A DNA stretch of 63,156 bases, counting the filler, from Folioceros fuciformis (Eukaryota): the NCBI GenBank assembly GCA_049999805.1. It is 5 parts of 5 records of this genome, joined end to end, with 100 filler letters (N's around TTAATTAATTAA, not from the genome) between each part and the next. Parts side by side here need not be neighbours in the genome. Positions count along the whole stretch, not along the records: positions 1 to 25,808 come from JBNGIO010005730.1; 4 more parts are not named here. One strand, 5' to 3'. The position numbers and the translations under genes were made by a program. The notes under the pieces are model-generated. The model was not told the DNA's origin and ran no database searches. It saw nothing but the letters and a program-made list of their open reading frames with translations. Each line of letters begins with the position of its first letter. Within the stretch, counting starts at the first letter, position 1. Positions 13,161 to 23,909 of this stretch are shown here, piece by piece.

Positions 13161-14030
13161 TGACTGTATGTCGCCACGGCGTTTCAAGCCCACTTCCAAT
13201 CATTATTCTATTCAAGTCAAGTGTGGACAGATTTCCAAGACATGAGAGTTGGTACCTGGCAAAGGACATCCTTCCCTTTCCTTCAAGCAAGAACCATGGC
13301 GCACATAGCTATGTACAGTTCTTGCCAAAAACAATCTTCTTTTTAAGCATCCCATCCAAGTACATACCTCGTTAGGTACCTGCGCGAAGGGCATCATTCC
13401 ATTCCGGACCTCACATAAGTATCTACCTACTTGCACGAGGGACATGCTTCCCGTTAAGGACATCATGTAAGAATCGAGCTACATCCACCGAGGACATCCT
13501 TCACCATAGGCATCCCGACGTTCTTATAAATAAGTGGACATTTAGCCTAACACAAGAGCACTGCCGCCCAGGAGAATGTCACAGATATCTCCTGTAGACA
13601 GGCTGGCACACTCTTGCACATCCTCTCAAAAATTGGGAGCCAAAGGAGATCCCATCGTACACTCACCAATTTTCCAATGATGGAAACACGGAGGAGCTCA
13701 ACGGCTCGCTTAATTGAAACAATCTGCATGGCTGGTTCGGAAGGATCATTTTCGGCATGTCCGATGCCCAGGCACCTGCAGCCATGAAAAATGGAGAAGG
13801 ATTGCCCAATGCATGTTCCTCATGCCCTCAGCATCATTAGCAGCTCAACGATCCGAAGGTGAAAGGCACGGTCGATAGCAAGACGGAAGACTGGAAAAGG
13901 CACGACGATCGACTCAAAGTTAAGGTCCTTAGTCCTCCTAGGGCAATTTCACATGAGGAACGGAGCATTCCAGTACTCCGCCAGTCAGTGTCGGATGACA
14001 AAGTCTTAGCGCCGTGAAACCTGTACGCCT

Positions 14031-16850
14031 TCACATCTGGGTGCAAGGGTCATTGTTCCTAGCTTGGGCCTTCAAGGCTATGAGTTTGTCGAACAGGATC
14101 CAAGGAAAGCTTAAAAACGGCGTGTCTTCACAATCGTTGACGTAATCAGCGCGGTAAGTTACAGCATACCAGGCCGATGCTTTGGCATACATGTCATGCT
14201 GCGGTGTGTAGCCCACTATAGCATGCGATATCCCCTGGGGATGGCTCTCGGCTTCCAAGTCCTCGCCCCCATGGTAGCCATGATGAAAGTACCCCTTCAC
14301 CTGTTTTTGCAGGGAAGCCATGGCAAACATAATTCTTTGTTTCACATCTCCTGTCCTCCTTTTGTAGTAGCGGGAGAGGTTCAGGATGTTGCCACTCACC
14401 AGCTTTGCCTCCGTTTCAATCCCATATTGGTTCATCAGGGCCACCAGTCTAGCATCGTATTCACTTTTCAGGAAGACGGCCTCCACCACATACTCTTCGT
14501 ATCCCTCAGCAATGAGATCGGGGTCGAAGGCTTTGACGATATCGGATTTGGTAAGAACCGGAATCGGCTGCTCCTCGGTGGATACATCTCTGACTGCCCT
14601 GTACAGCTTGCCCAAGACTCCAGCGGAAACGTACGTTTTGTCGTTGTTCCCCTTCTCCATGAAGTCGGGATACTCGTCGGGTACAAGGTTGACGGGCATG
14701 ACTGCGGGGCACCCTGTCTTGGGAAAGTTTACAGCTATTGAGAACAGCTTGGCGAGCTCCAGACACTTGGGGTCCCGGGCTTGTATTGGAGACCTATCCG
14801 CCTGGACCACATGCGCGTTAGCGATGACTCCCAGGCTGTCGCTCAACATGTGATCCAGGAAGAACTGCTGGATCTCCTGCCAAAAACCCTCGACAACGTA
14901 TCAGGCCCTACGTACTGCTGCCTTTTCTGCTGCAGAATCTAGTGTCGCTTGTCTCGTAAAGATATCGCGCCTGACATTCATACCTCCACGGTCAGTGAAT
15001 GATCCAGAAGCTTTTTAGGAGCTGGAGTGTAATGCATGGGTTGATCCATACAGTCCGGCACCAACGTTGAGTCCCAGGTGACGAAGTATAAGTCACCATC
15101 CAAATCGCTTCCCGAACATTCGTTGGGATGGGGCCTGAGCAGAACGGACAGCGGAATGAGAAGCAGGCAAGCTTGTTTGAGTGTGAGAAACGTTTAGAAA
15201 GCAAAGTCGAACGACATCTGCAGATAGCTGACCTCGGGCCTGACTGTGGGAATACGATGCAGTCTACCATATGGTGCAATTGTGGGCGATCCACAGCATG
15301 TAGGATCCTCAGGTCTCCAGGGTGGACACAGGGATTCTTGGCCACAACCACCTTGCAGCCTTGCACCACGTGGGCCGGGTTCTGATCGTGGTATACCCTT
15401 CGGTAGGATGGAAACCGACCAAGGCCATCATCCAGGAAGAAGCGATTTCCGGGAGTAGGAGACACCTGCACGAAAACCTCTGCATACCGGAGGGTGGCGT
15501 ACTCATCTAAGCAACCCATCAAGCAATCTACCCTTGGGAACCAAAATGCGTGATTTTGTTCGAAGGTTCATGAGCTGATGAGCGCGGAATGCTTGTAATA
15601 GGCCGTGAAGATGTGGCTCATCGCGAGGGGAGAATCCTGCTCTTAGCATTTCCATGTTGGCAGAATGGTTGCTCCCTGAACAACAAACCTCCAAAATTTC
15701 CAAGGCCACCTTGACGTCACGCAACATCTTTTCCAGCTGCTGTATCACATTAAATTGCATCAGCTCGAAGACGGAGTCTTCTACCCCCAGCGTACACAGA
15801 AGAGTGATAATTTGGCGGTTCAGGAAACACGGAATGACACGGGTGTAGTTTAGCACCTCCAAGTCGATATGCTGAGATGGGAACTTTTTCATGCTACTTC
15901 TGAGAGACAGCTTCCAACGGGATCAAGGGTCCACGGCCACCACGCCCTTGTACCCACCATACCTGATTTGATAAGCAGACGGCACCTTTCCGGACACGTT
16001 GGATCCGCACCTGGCTGCTACCTTACGAGCAAAGCTCTCAGAGATCTTTCCGATCCCGTCTGAGAAGCAATACCGAACACTTCCCACTCGCGTCTCAATG
16101 TCCTCCAGATGCTCAACCTCATGATTTTCAACTCTGAGAGTTGAAGTGGATGAAGAAAAACATTGCCCCATCCTGGCAGCACACTCTACCACGTTCCGTA
16201 TACTCAAGAAGTCTCCCATCCTCTCTCTTATGTCTTGAGTTGTAAAACCATGCTGAGAGCCAGCAAAGATCCACACAGATTGCTCCCTCAATTGACTTGA
16301 TGAAAAGGCAAGAAACTCGTACTTTTTACCTCCAAAGCTAAAGCCTTCTCTCAAGAACCGGGAGATTCTGATGTATAACCGGGAGATTCTTTTGTATACA
16401 TCAGACCTGTCTGGGCGCAGTGCTGAAAGTGCTCCACCCTGCAGGGGAACTGAGAGACTTGAAGAAGGGAGATAGTCCCAATCCTCCTCTACGAAGGAGA
16501 CTCGTAAAAAGCTGTCAATGCAATCCTTGTACTCCCTGGTAACACGATTGGAAACGTCAATCTCAGGACCCATGAAAACGCCCTTGGTGGGTGTCACCAT
16601 CAGACGGTGAACTCTCCTCTGACCATCATCTAACTGGATGGCAACTGATGTGGGTGGGTAGGCATTCCCGTTTCCATTGTTGCACTCTTGAAACTACTCC
16701 TTCATATAGTTGAGAGGGTCATAACAGACTTCAGACTTCAATATGCTTGCAGAGCTTGAGAGGGTCATAATAGACTTCAGACTTCAATATGCTTGCAGAG
16801 CTTGAGCAAAGCGTTCTCCACAATCTCGATGGGCATCTAGTTGAAGAGCA
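14031..16850 (-). pseudogene. RNA-dependent RNA polymerase, RDR1/RDR2-like (DLDGD clade), 5'-truncated and disabled
   Basis: CFSDGIG, AYQIRYGGYKGV, KNPCVHPGD, RPHPNECSGSDLDGDLYFVTWD, AKASAWY, LSFPW. Introns at about 15135-15232 and 14878-14984. In-frame TGA at 15923-15925, +1 frameshift near 15525, 21-bp (16356-16397) and 46-bp (16710-16801) tandem duplications, further stops upstream. Confidence 0.9.
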
Positions 16851-16859
16851 GCACGATAG

Positions 16860-19800
16860 AGTAGCGTAGTTAGTTAAGTATAAACAATACGAGATTTGAA
16901 GCGTTAAGTCGTTACCTATCTGCCGACCTAACCACCACGAGGTCAGCAGGCACCAAGAACGTGTCTGTCAGAGTCTGCATACACAAGAGACTGCTGGCAG
17001 AGCGCTAATGTACAATCCATTCTAATCTGATGCGATTCCCTACTATTTGTCTTGGTATCAGAGCAGCGCGTGCAGATGCTGAAGCGCACGGGATCAGGGT
17101 GCTGATGGAGGTGGAGATGCGACAGTAATCGGGTGATTTTCTTGCTCTTGCGGGAGTTGGTTTGAATGGAGCCCTACATCGATCGTCTGAGTCACAATCT
17201 ACAATTCAGACGAAGAGAGCCCAGGAGGAACCAATCCAGTCGCAACCTGCAGACCATCAACTTCGGCGTCACCAATCAGAACAGGGAGGTTGCACATTTT
17301 GAGGGTTCAGGTGCGACAAGCAAGAAATATACCCAACTGCCGTCTCTTTCTCCGCGTCCAGTCCTGTGCCAGCATTGCAGAGTCTGTGGGCATTCACCAT
17401 ATGTTCAGGTTAGGCACGGCAGACGTCATTCAAGATCTTTTGTCCAAAATCAACACAAGGGTCCACAATACTCAAAAGAGCACAGAGCGAAACACAAGAG
17501 AGAAAATATTGTTGTGAGCAAACTTCATGTCTTAATTCACTCTGTGTCTAAGATTGCAACACAGCTGATGAGTTTAGATACTCACCTTCAAGCACTCGAT
17601 ACAAAGTTCCTCTTGATCCTTAAACCGCACCTACTGGCAAATAAATTAGCATTGTCAGCACTTTCTGTCCCACCTGTAGGTCAGATTTATTAGCAACCCA
17701 CAAACTATCTGGAGTGCATTGTTCACCAACACGGGCAGCAGACCAAAACAGCTAAGATGGCAGAACAAGTGAAATTGGAAATGCTAACAATGTTGGGCAC
17801 ATGAGTTAATGTGGTCACCCAATTTTACCTCCTTCCTTGGGAGTCCCAGGCCTGAAATTCCAGTGAGACTGGATGTCGAAGAGACAATTGCAGCCTTAAG
17901 GAGCCATGGACTTTTGGATGAGGGGGTTAGATTGCCAAGTAGTCTTAATAGTCCGGCTAGTGCATCACTGAGCCCGGTCTATCCTTCAGATCAGGATGCC
18001 TCGACCCCTACTACTCCTAATTTGAGGACAACATTTGGGTATCCTGCCTTTACATTTGGAACACAGGAAGAGGACATTTTATCTGTCTTGGAAGATGCTG
18101 AAAATGCAACAAGTTCAAATACACAATTTGTGTCGGGACAAAATCAGACTGTGCTGGTAGCTGCAAATTCAGGAGTACCTGTTACCCCATCAGGTTGGTT
18201 GGCAGCCTCAGGAGGGTCAAGTGGGTCAGGAGGACAAGGAGGATCAGGAGGACCAGGTGGACCTGGTGGACCTGGAGCCCATGGCGGACCTGGAGGACCA
18301 AGAGAACCTGCTGGTGGTGTAGGCTTACCTGCTGCAGTCCCAATGGCAGGCCCATCCTCTGTCAGCTATTCAGACTTCAAGGTCAAGGACCGATTTGACG
18401 GCGGGAACTTTGATGTCTGGTCCATGCGGATAAAAATATCCCTCAAAAGTAAAGAACTGTGGGATGTAGTAGCTGGAGTATTAGTGATGCCGCCTGACCC
18501 TGCAGCAAATCCAGTGGGAGCTGCTGCATACACAAAGGCCAACAATTAGGCCTTGAATGTCATCCTAAGGGGCATATCGTCGGACTGGATGAAGAATGTT
18601 GAAAGAAATCTTTCAGCAAAAGTGTTGTGGGACTCATTTGTGCTTCAATATTCGAAGGCAAACATGATCTCACAAGTTGCTGCAGATTACAAGCTGAGGT
18701 CTCTTCGCATGCGGGAAGGAGACTCAGCAGAAAAGTACATCAGTACATTCAGAGCAGCTAGAAATATGTTACATGCTGCAGGCGATGTAATATCTGATTT
18801 TCGGGCTGGTGCTATTTTTCTGAACTCCCTTTCACCAGCATACCGCTCCTTTGTATCAACTCAAAACCAAGTGGTGAGAGAGGCTGAGACTAGGGTAAGG
18901 GGCACAGGAAATCCACCTGTGTTGGACTTGAGTGAATCTTCGGAGCATTCATGCAAGAGGAAGCACAGATGGAGGGCGTGCAACAAAGTCGTGGAAGAGA
19001 TAAAGCTCATGCTTTGTATGCTGAAAAGGGGAAATTTAAGAAGAAGTGGGGAGGAAAATCGTACTCACCTGCAAAACCTGGAGGAGCTGAATCCTCAAAG
19101 AAACGCCCTAGAAACTGCAGATGGTGTGGTCTTCCAAATCACTGGGAGCGGGAATGAGGAAAAAGGCTAATGGAGAACCTAGAAAGGAGTTGGCACCAAG
19201 CTCTCATGTAGCTGTGAAGAAGACTACAAAAGGCACACATGTGATACTTACAGTGTGTCTTGCCATCTCATCATCAGCGAAGCAGAACTTTTGGTTTTTG
19301 GACTCGGGTGCCACAGCGCACATTTGTCACAACAAGCTATTTTTCTCATCCTATGAGGAGTCTCAACCTAGACAGTTTGTCCTGCTGGGCGATGAGAGTG
19401 GACTAGCTATAAAAGGACAGGGTATTGTCCCTGTTGAAATGGCTTGTGCTAGAGGATGTTCTTCATGTCCCTGCCACGACAAAACACTTTTTATCAGTTA
19501 GGCAGCTCTGCAAAGAAGGTGTGCACACAGTTCAATTCACTGACAATGACTGCGAAATTCGCATGAAGGACTCTGATCTTGTAGTGACAAGGGGCACCGA
19601 GCACAATGAGCTGTATAAGCTAGATCTTCGACCTCTTCATCCCTTGAAGAAGTCTATTCATATAGTTGATGCGGCGACTGCGGAATTTCCTCCTGTGGAA
19701 GCACATCAAGGATCATTTGAGTGCCAGACTAGTTCTCAAGCAAAGAACACAAAGTTGTGGCATTTACGTGTAGGGCATCCTCATGCACAGAGACTATATA

Positions 19801-20032
19801 AGCTTCCTTCTAGTAACCTGTACAGAGATGGGATTAAGGAGACTTTATCAGATCTACCTCTGTGCGAAGCATGCGTTTTGGCAAGCAACATGAGCTTCCT
19901 TTTAAAAACAAGGCTCTTGAACGTGCCCTGGAAGTGCTGGAGCTTGTACATGCTGATATCTGTGGGCCCATTTCAGGGAAATCTTTCAGTAGTGCAGAAT
20001 TTTTCATATCATTCATTGATGACTTCTCGAGA
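16860..20032 (+). mobile_element. Ty1/Copia element A, decayed (putative 5' LTR remnant, PBS, gag, protease, start of integrase), ending at the LTR of element B
   Basis: PBS at 17053; gag DRFDGGNFDVWSMRIK; zinc knuckle CRWCGLPNHW; WFLDSGATAH; LWHLRVGHP; LELVHADICGP..FISFIDDFSR; several stops and frameshifts. Left boundary approximate. Confidence 0.88.
17053..17064 (+). promoter_or_regulatory. Primer binding site complementary to the 3' end of initiator tRNA-Met
   Basis: TGGTATCAGAGC. Confidence 0.85.
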
Positions 20033-20236
20033 TGTTCGGTTTGAACCATGGTCAGAATGCACGAGAGAAAACAAAGCACAATCTAATTCAGAATAAAAAC
20101 AGATAATACAAAAAACGAATAAGTGTTGGTCTTTTATACTAAACAACCCTTCACTATACAACCTTTGGATATATCACTCTAACCTATATAACCTAACCCT
20201 AAGCGTAGTTAAGCTTATACTGTTATAACTCTAACA
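20033..20236 (-). repeat. 3' LTR of Copia B (204 bp, TGTT...AACA)
   Basis: On the minus strand it starts TGTTAGAG right after the polypurine tract CTTAAGGGAGGG (20248-20237) and ends CGAACA exactly where element A's integrase stops. Confidence 0.8.
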
Positions 20237-20966
20237 CCCTCCCTTAAGCGTACGAGCTTAGAGAGGCATCCAAAGGACAGTCACAAGGAGCGCGCAGCGG
20301 AAAGTTGAGGGACGTAGGCGATTACGCCCAACAACTACAATCAAGTGCGCCCCTGTGCGCCTGAGCTGGCAGGATGGCTATGAATATCGCGACAGCTTAC
20401 GCTGCCTTCATCACAGTCGTGTACACTTGCGTGCATATTCTCAGTCTGCTGATCACCATGGCTCCCGGGCATGAAGCGGGAAGGAAAGAGGCCGCAAGCC
20501 CCGTGCATGAGCAGAGCAAGAAAGAGGGAGGGAGGCAGAAGAAACAGCCGCCGCGCCCTATGCCTCCGAAGGCTGACGAGTGGGATGAACGCCATGTCCT
20601 GGGCTCGAGTGTGACACTTGGTGGTTGGAGGATTGCACTTGATGTGAAGCTGTGCTGGAGCAGGCCAGTGAAAATGGAAGGGGAAGGCGGTTTGCCAGCA
20701 GATGTAGGAGAGAACTCCAGCTTGCTCAAGCCACTTCACGAAGCAGAGAAGCTGCTTCAGCTGCTCAAAGAAAGGCGGGAGAGAGAGCGGTGATATTCCA
20801 ACATCCAGGTCAGTTAGAAAACGTGGAGCTTCATCCACCTGCTGCCGGAATTTGGTGTTACTGTCTAACCCTCCCTGTCCCCTGACTCCAGGTGTCGGTA
20901 GAGACTGGAGAACAAACAGGATTAACAACAACATCCGAGGACGTGGTCCTCACCCGTAAGTCTCTC

Positions 20967-23909
20967 TCACTTTGCTTTGAAGTACTGGCTGTAGTTAAAC
21001 AGACCAAGGCCTTCCATATGTTTCCGATGCTTGTCTTTGGGCAGGGCCTTTGTTAGGATGTCGGCTGTATTAGCATCTGTTGGCACATAGAGGATCTTGA
21101 CAATTCCCCTCTCTACAGCATCCCTAACATAGTGATGATGGATCTCAATATGTTTTGTACGGGCATGGAAGCGGGGGTTAGCTACCAAAGCGATCGCGGA
21201 CTGGTTGTCACAAAAGACGTTAGTGGGACCATCCTGTGTCTCTCCGATATCCTTTAAAAACGTACGCTCCCATTCCACTTCTTTCGTAGCATCCGTAAGA
21301 GACTTATACTCGGCCTCAGTGCTGGAGAGGGCTATACTGGTCTGCTTCTTGCAGCTCCAGTTGACAGCTGCTTGGGACAGGAGGAAAGCGTATGTAGAGA
21401 GGCTTTTTCGGGAGTCGCTGTCTGAAGCCCAGTCTGCGTCGGTGAATCCTTGAAGAGATAAGTGTCTAGTACCACTGCTCCTATAGCAAAGGCCTATATG
21501 ATGAGTCCCTTTCAAGTATCGAAATATTCTTTTCACTGCCGTCCAGTGGGCACGGCCTGGGTGTTCTAAGAATTGTGAAACAGTGCTTACGGAGTGCTGG
21601 ATATCAAGTCTTGTCCAGTTACTAACAAAGATTAAGCTTCCAACAGCATGACGATATGGAATATCACGCATGTCCTGTTGATCAGCTTCAGTCGTAGCAC
21701 ATTCATACCTTGTTAGCTTAGCACCCACAGCACCTGGTGTGGTAGCTGAATGTGCTTGGCCCATGTTAAACTTGTGTAGAATTTCTGCTATATACTTGTG
21801 TTGATGGATTATCAATAGTCCCTCTGAACGGACCCTCAACACTTGTATGCCAAGGCAGAATAGAAGATCCCCACTGTCGGTCATTTCAAAAGTTTGTTGT
21901 AACATGCCTTTCACTTGTGCCAGCAGGACAGTATCATTTGCAGCGAGAATGACGTCGTCTACGTAGAGAGCAAGAATCACGTAAGTTGCCCCTCTTTGTA
22001 ACACATAAACATTTGAGTCTGCTGCACACTGACGAAAGCCAAGTCCTTTTAGTGCCTTGTCACAGCGCTTGTACCAGCGCTCTGCACTTTGCTTCAAGCC
22101 ATAAAGGCATTTTATTAACAGGCACACATGCTCCGGATGTGCAGGATCAACATAGCCTTCGGGCTGCTCCATATACAGTTCTTCTTCCAGAATGCCATGG
22201 AGAAAAGCAGTGCATACATCCATCTGCTGCAGTTCAAGGTCGTATTCAGCTGCTAAGGCAAAGAGTAACCGAAGAGATTGGGCACGAACAACAGGAGAGA
22301 ATGTCTCCTGATAGTCGAGACCTGCAACTTGCGTGAATCCTCGAGCACAAAGTGGTGCTTTATATCTGGCTATCTTCCCATCTGCATTTAATTTATGCTT
22401 GAAGACCCATTTACACATAATGGCCTTCCTGTTAGCTGGTCTGGGGACTAACTTCCATGTCCCATTTTTCATTAGGCTGTTGTACTCATCATCCACGGCG
22501 AATTTCCATTTGTCCTTGTCAGGACCTGTGAAAGCTTCAGTGAGGTTAGCAGGTTCTGGTGGGACAGGTGGAGGAGAAGTTACAGCTCCTACAGAGTGGC
22601 GAAAGTCAACAGACTGATAACGTGGTTCATTCCATTCCAAAGGTGGAGGCCTGTAGCGGGTTGACCTACGTGGTCCATCATCTTCTGGAGGTGCCAAAGC
22701 TACAGGTGAAGTTGGTTCAACAGCGGCAGGCATAAGATAGTCATCATCTGCAAGTAAGTCATCTTCCGGGATAAAAGGATATTCATCTTCCTCTAAATTA
22801 CCTTGATCCATGCCTGCAGCATGATAACCCATTGGATCTGGGTCTAGGACTAACTCATCGTCTGCTGTAAGTGCTGGACGCTCTTCTAAGTGATCACTAG
22901 CAGCATCATCAGCAACTGCTGGAGTTCCATTTGGATTGACATCCAGATCGGCAATGGGAGGAACAGCATCTGCCTGTGCATCACCAAGTGTCACAACAGG
23001 GACTGTGCCATCCACATCCATGGGATACAAGGAATGTAAGCCTGTGGGTGTCTCATTGCTGGTCACGTCCTCTGGAACTACATGTTGCTCAACAGACTCT
23101 GTAGTAAGTGAGGCAGACTGTAAGGATTCCATAAAAGTGACGCTTCTCGCAAGAGTAGGTTGCAGAGTTGTGGGGTCTATCAACTTGTAAGCCTTCACAG
23201 TTTCGCTGTAACCCACAAAGGTGAGCCTTCTTGACCTGTCATCTAACTTGCGTCTCTTCTCTGCAGGGATATATGCGTAGGCCTTAGAGCCAAAAACCCT
23301 GAGATGGAGAAGACTTGGTTTCCTCTTCCAGAAGAGTTCATATGGTGTCTTGGCAGCAAGAGAACTTGTGGGCAGTCTGTTCAGAATGTAAGTAGCTGTC
23401 ACGACAACTTCTGCCCAATAAGGTGATGGTAAACCTGACCACAGTAACATTGCTCTTGTCATTCCCATTAAAGTCTGGTTTTTACGTTCTGCAACGCCAT
23501 TCTGTTGCTGGGTATACGGCACTATTAATTGATGAATGATGCCGTGTTCTGAAAATAGGTTTGTGAACGACTGATTCACGAACTCGGTGCCATTGTCAAA
23601 TCGAAAGATTTTTAACAAGCACCCGGTCTGGCGCTGAACTGTAAACAACCAGTCTTGGAAGATGGGGAAGGTCTCATTTTTCCTTTTCATGGGGAATGTC
23701 CATGTGAGTCTGGTATAGTCATTAGTGATGGTGAAATAATAGTCTGCCCCCCCAAGTGAAGAAACCTGAAGGCGGCCAGAAATATCACCATGGACAAGTT
23801 CAAGGGATTGCGTGGACCTATGTGCGGGGCCAGCAGGGAACGGCAACTCCTTCTGCTTTGCGAGAGCACATGTCTCACATAATGGAAGCTCCTTGAGGCA
23901 GGTAGGCAA
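20967..23909 (-). CDS. Uninterrupted Copia B IN-RT-RNaseH segment, 980 aa (part of the disrupted gag-pol)
   Basis: Open ORF with canonical Copia domain order IN-RT-RH. Confidence 0.9.
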   Translation of the reverse strand: MPTCLKELPLCETCALAKQKELPFPAGPAHRSTQSLELVHGDISGRLQVSSLGGADYYFTITNDYTRLTWTFPMKRKNETFPIFQDWLFTVQRQTGCLLKIFRFDNGTEFVNQSFTNLFSEHGIIHQLIVPYTQQQNGVAERKNQTLMGMTRAMLLWSGLPSPYWAEVVVTATYILNRLPTSSLAAKTPYELFWKRKPSLLHLRVFGSKAYAYIPAEKRRKLDDRSRRLTFVGYSETVKAYKLIDPTTLQPTLARSVTFMESLQSASLTTESVEQHVVPEDVTSNETPTGLHSLYPMDVDGTVPVVTLGDAQADAVPPIADLDVNPNGTPAVADDAASDHLEERPALTADDELVLDPDPMGYHAAGMDQGNLEEDEYPFIPEDDLLADDDYLMPAAVEPTSPVALAPPEDDGPRRSTRYRPPPLEWNEPRYQSVDFRHSVGAVTSPPPVPPEPANLTEAFTGPDKDKWKFAVDDEYNSLMKNGTWKLVPRPANRKAIMCKWVFKHKLNADGKIARYKAPLCARGFTQVAGLDYQETFSPVVRAQSLRLLFALAAEYDLELQQMDVCTAFLHGILEEELYMEQPEGYVDPAHPEHVCLLIKCLYGLKQSAERWYKRCDKALKGLGFRQCAADSNVYVLQRGATYVILALYVDDVILAANDTVLLAQVKGMLQQTFEMTDSGDLLFCLGIQVLRVRSEGLLIIHQHKYIAEILHKFNMGQAHSATTPGAVGAKLTRYECATTEADQQDMRDIPYRHAVGSLIFVSNWTRLDIQHSVSTVSQFLEHPGRAHWTAVKRIFRYLKGTHHIGLCYRSSGTRHLSLQGFTDADWASDSDSRKSLSTYAFLLSQAAVNWSCKKQTSIALSSTEAEYKSLTDATKEVEWERTFLKDIGETQDGPTNVFCDNQSAIALVANPRFHARTKHIEIHHHYVRDAVERGIVKILYVPTDANTADILTKALPKDKHRKHMEGLGLFNYSQYFKAK

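Larger units (their letters stand above)
10583..13166 (-). mobile_element. pogo/Tigger-like (Tc1/mariner superfamily) DNA transposon with 23-bp TIRs
   Basis: Left TIR CAGTCAGACCCCTCTAATTGGGA (10583-10605); right end TCCCAATTAGAGGGGTTTGACTG (13144-13166), 1 mismatch. TA follows the right TIR. AT-rich interior with a decayed transposase. Confidence 0.9.

Noticed and set aside
13169..14030. Possible LTR or TE remnant with recurring AGGACATC motifs between pogo and RDR
   Set aside because: No definable termini or coding signature
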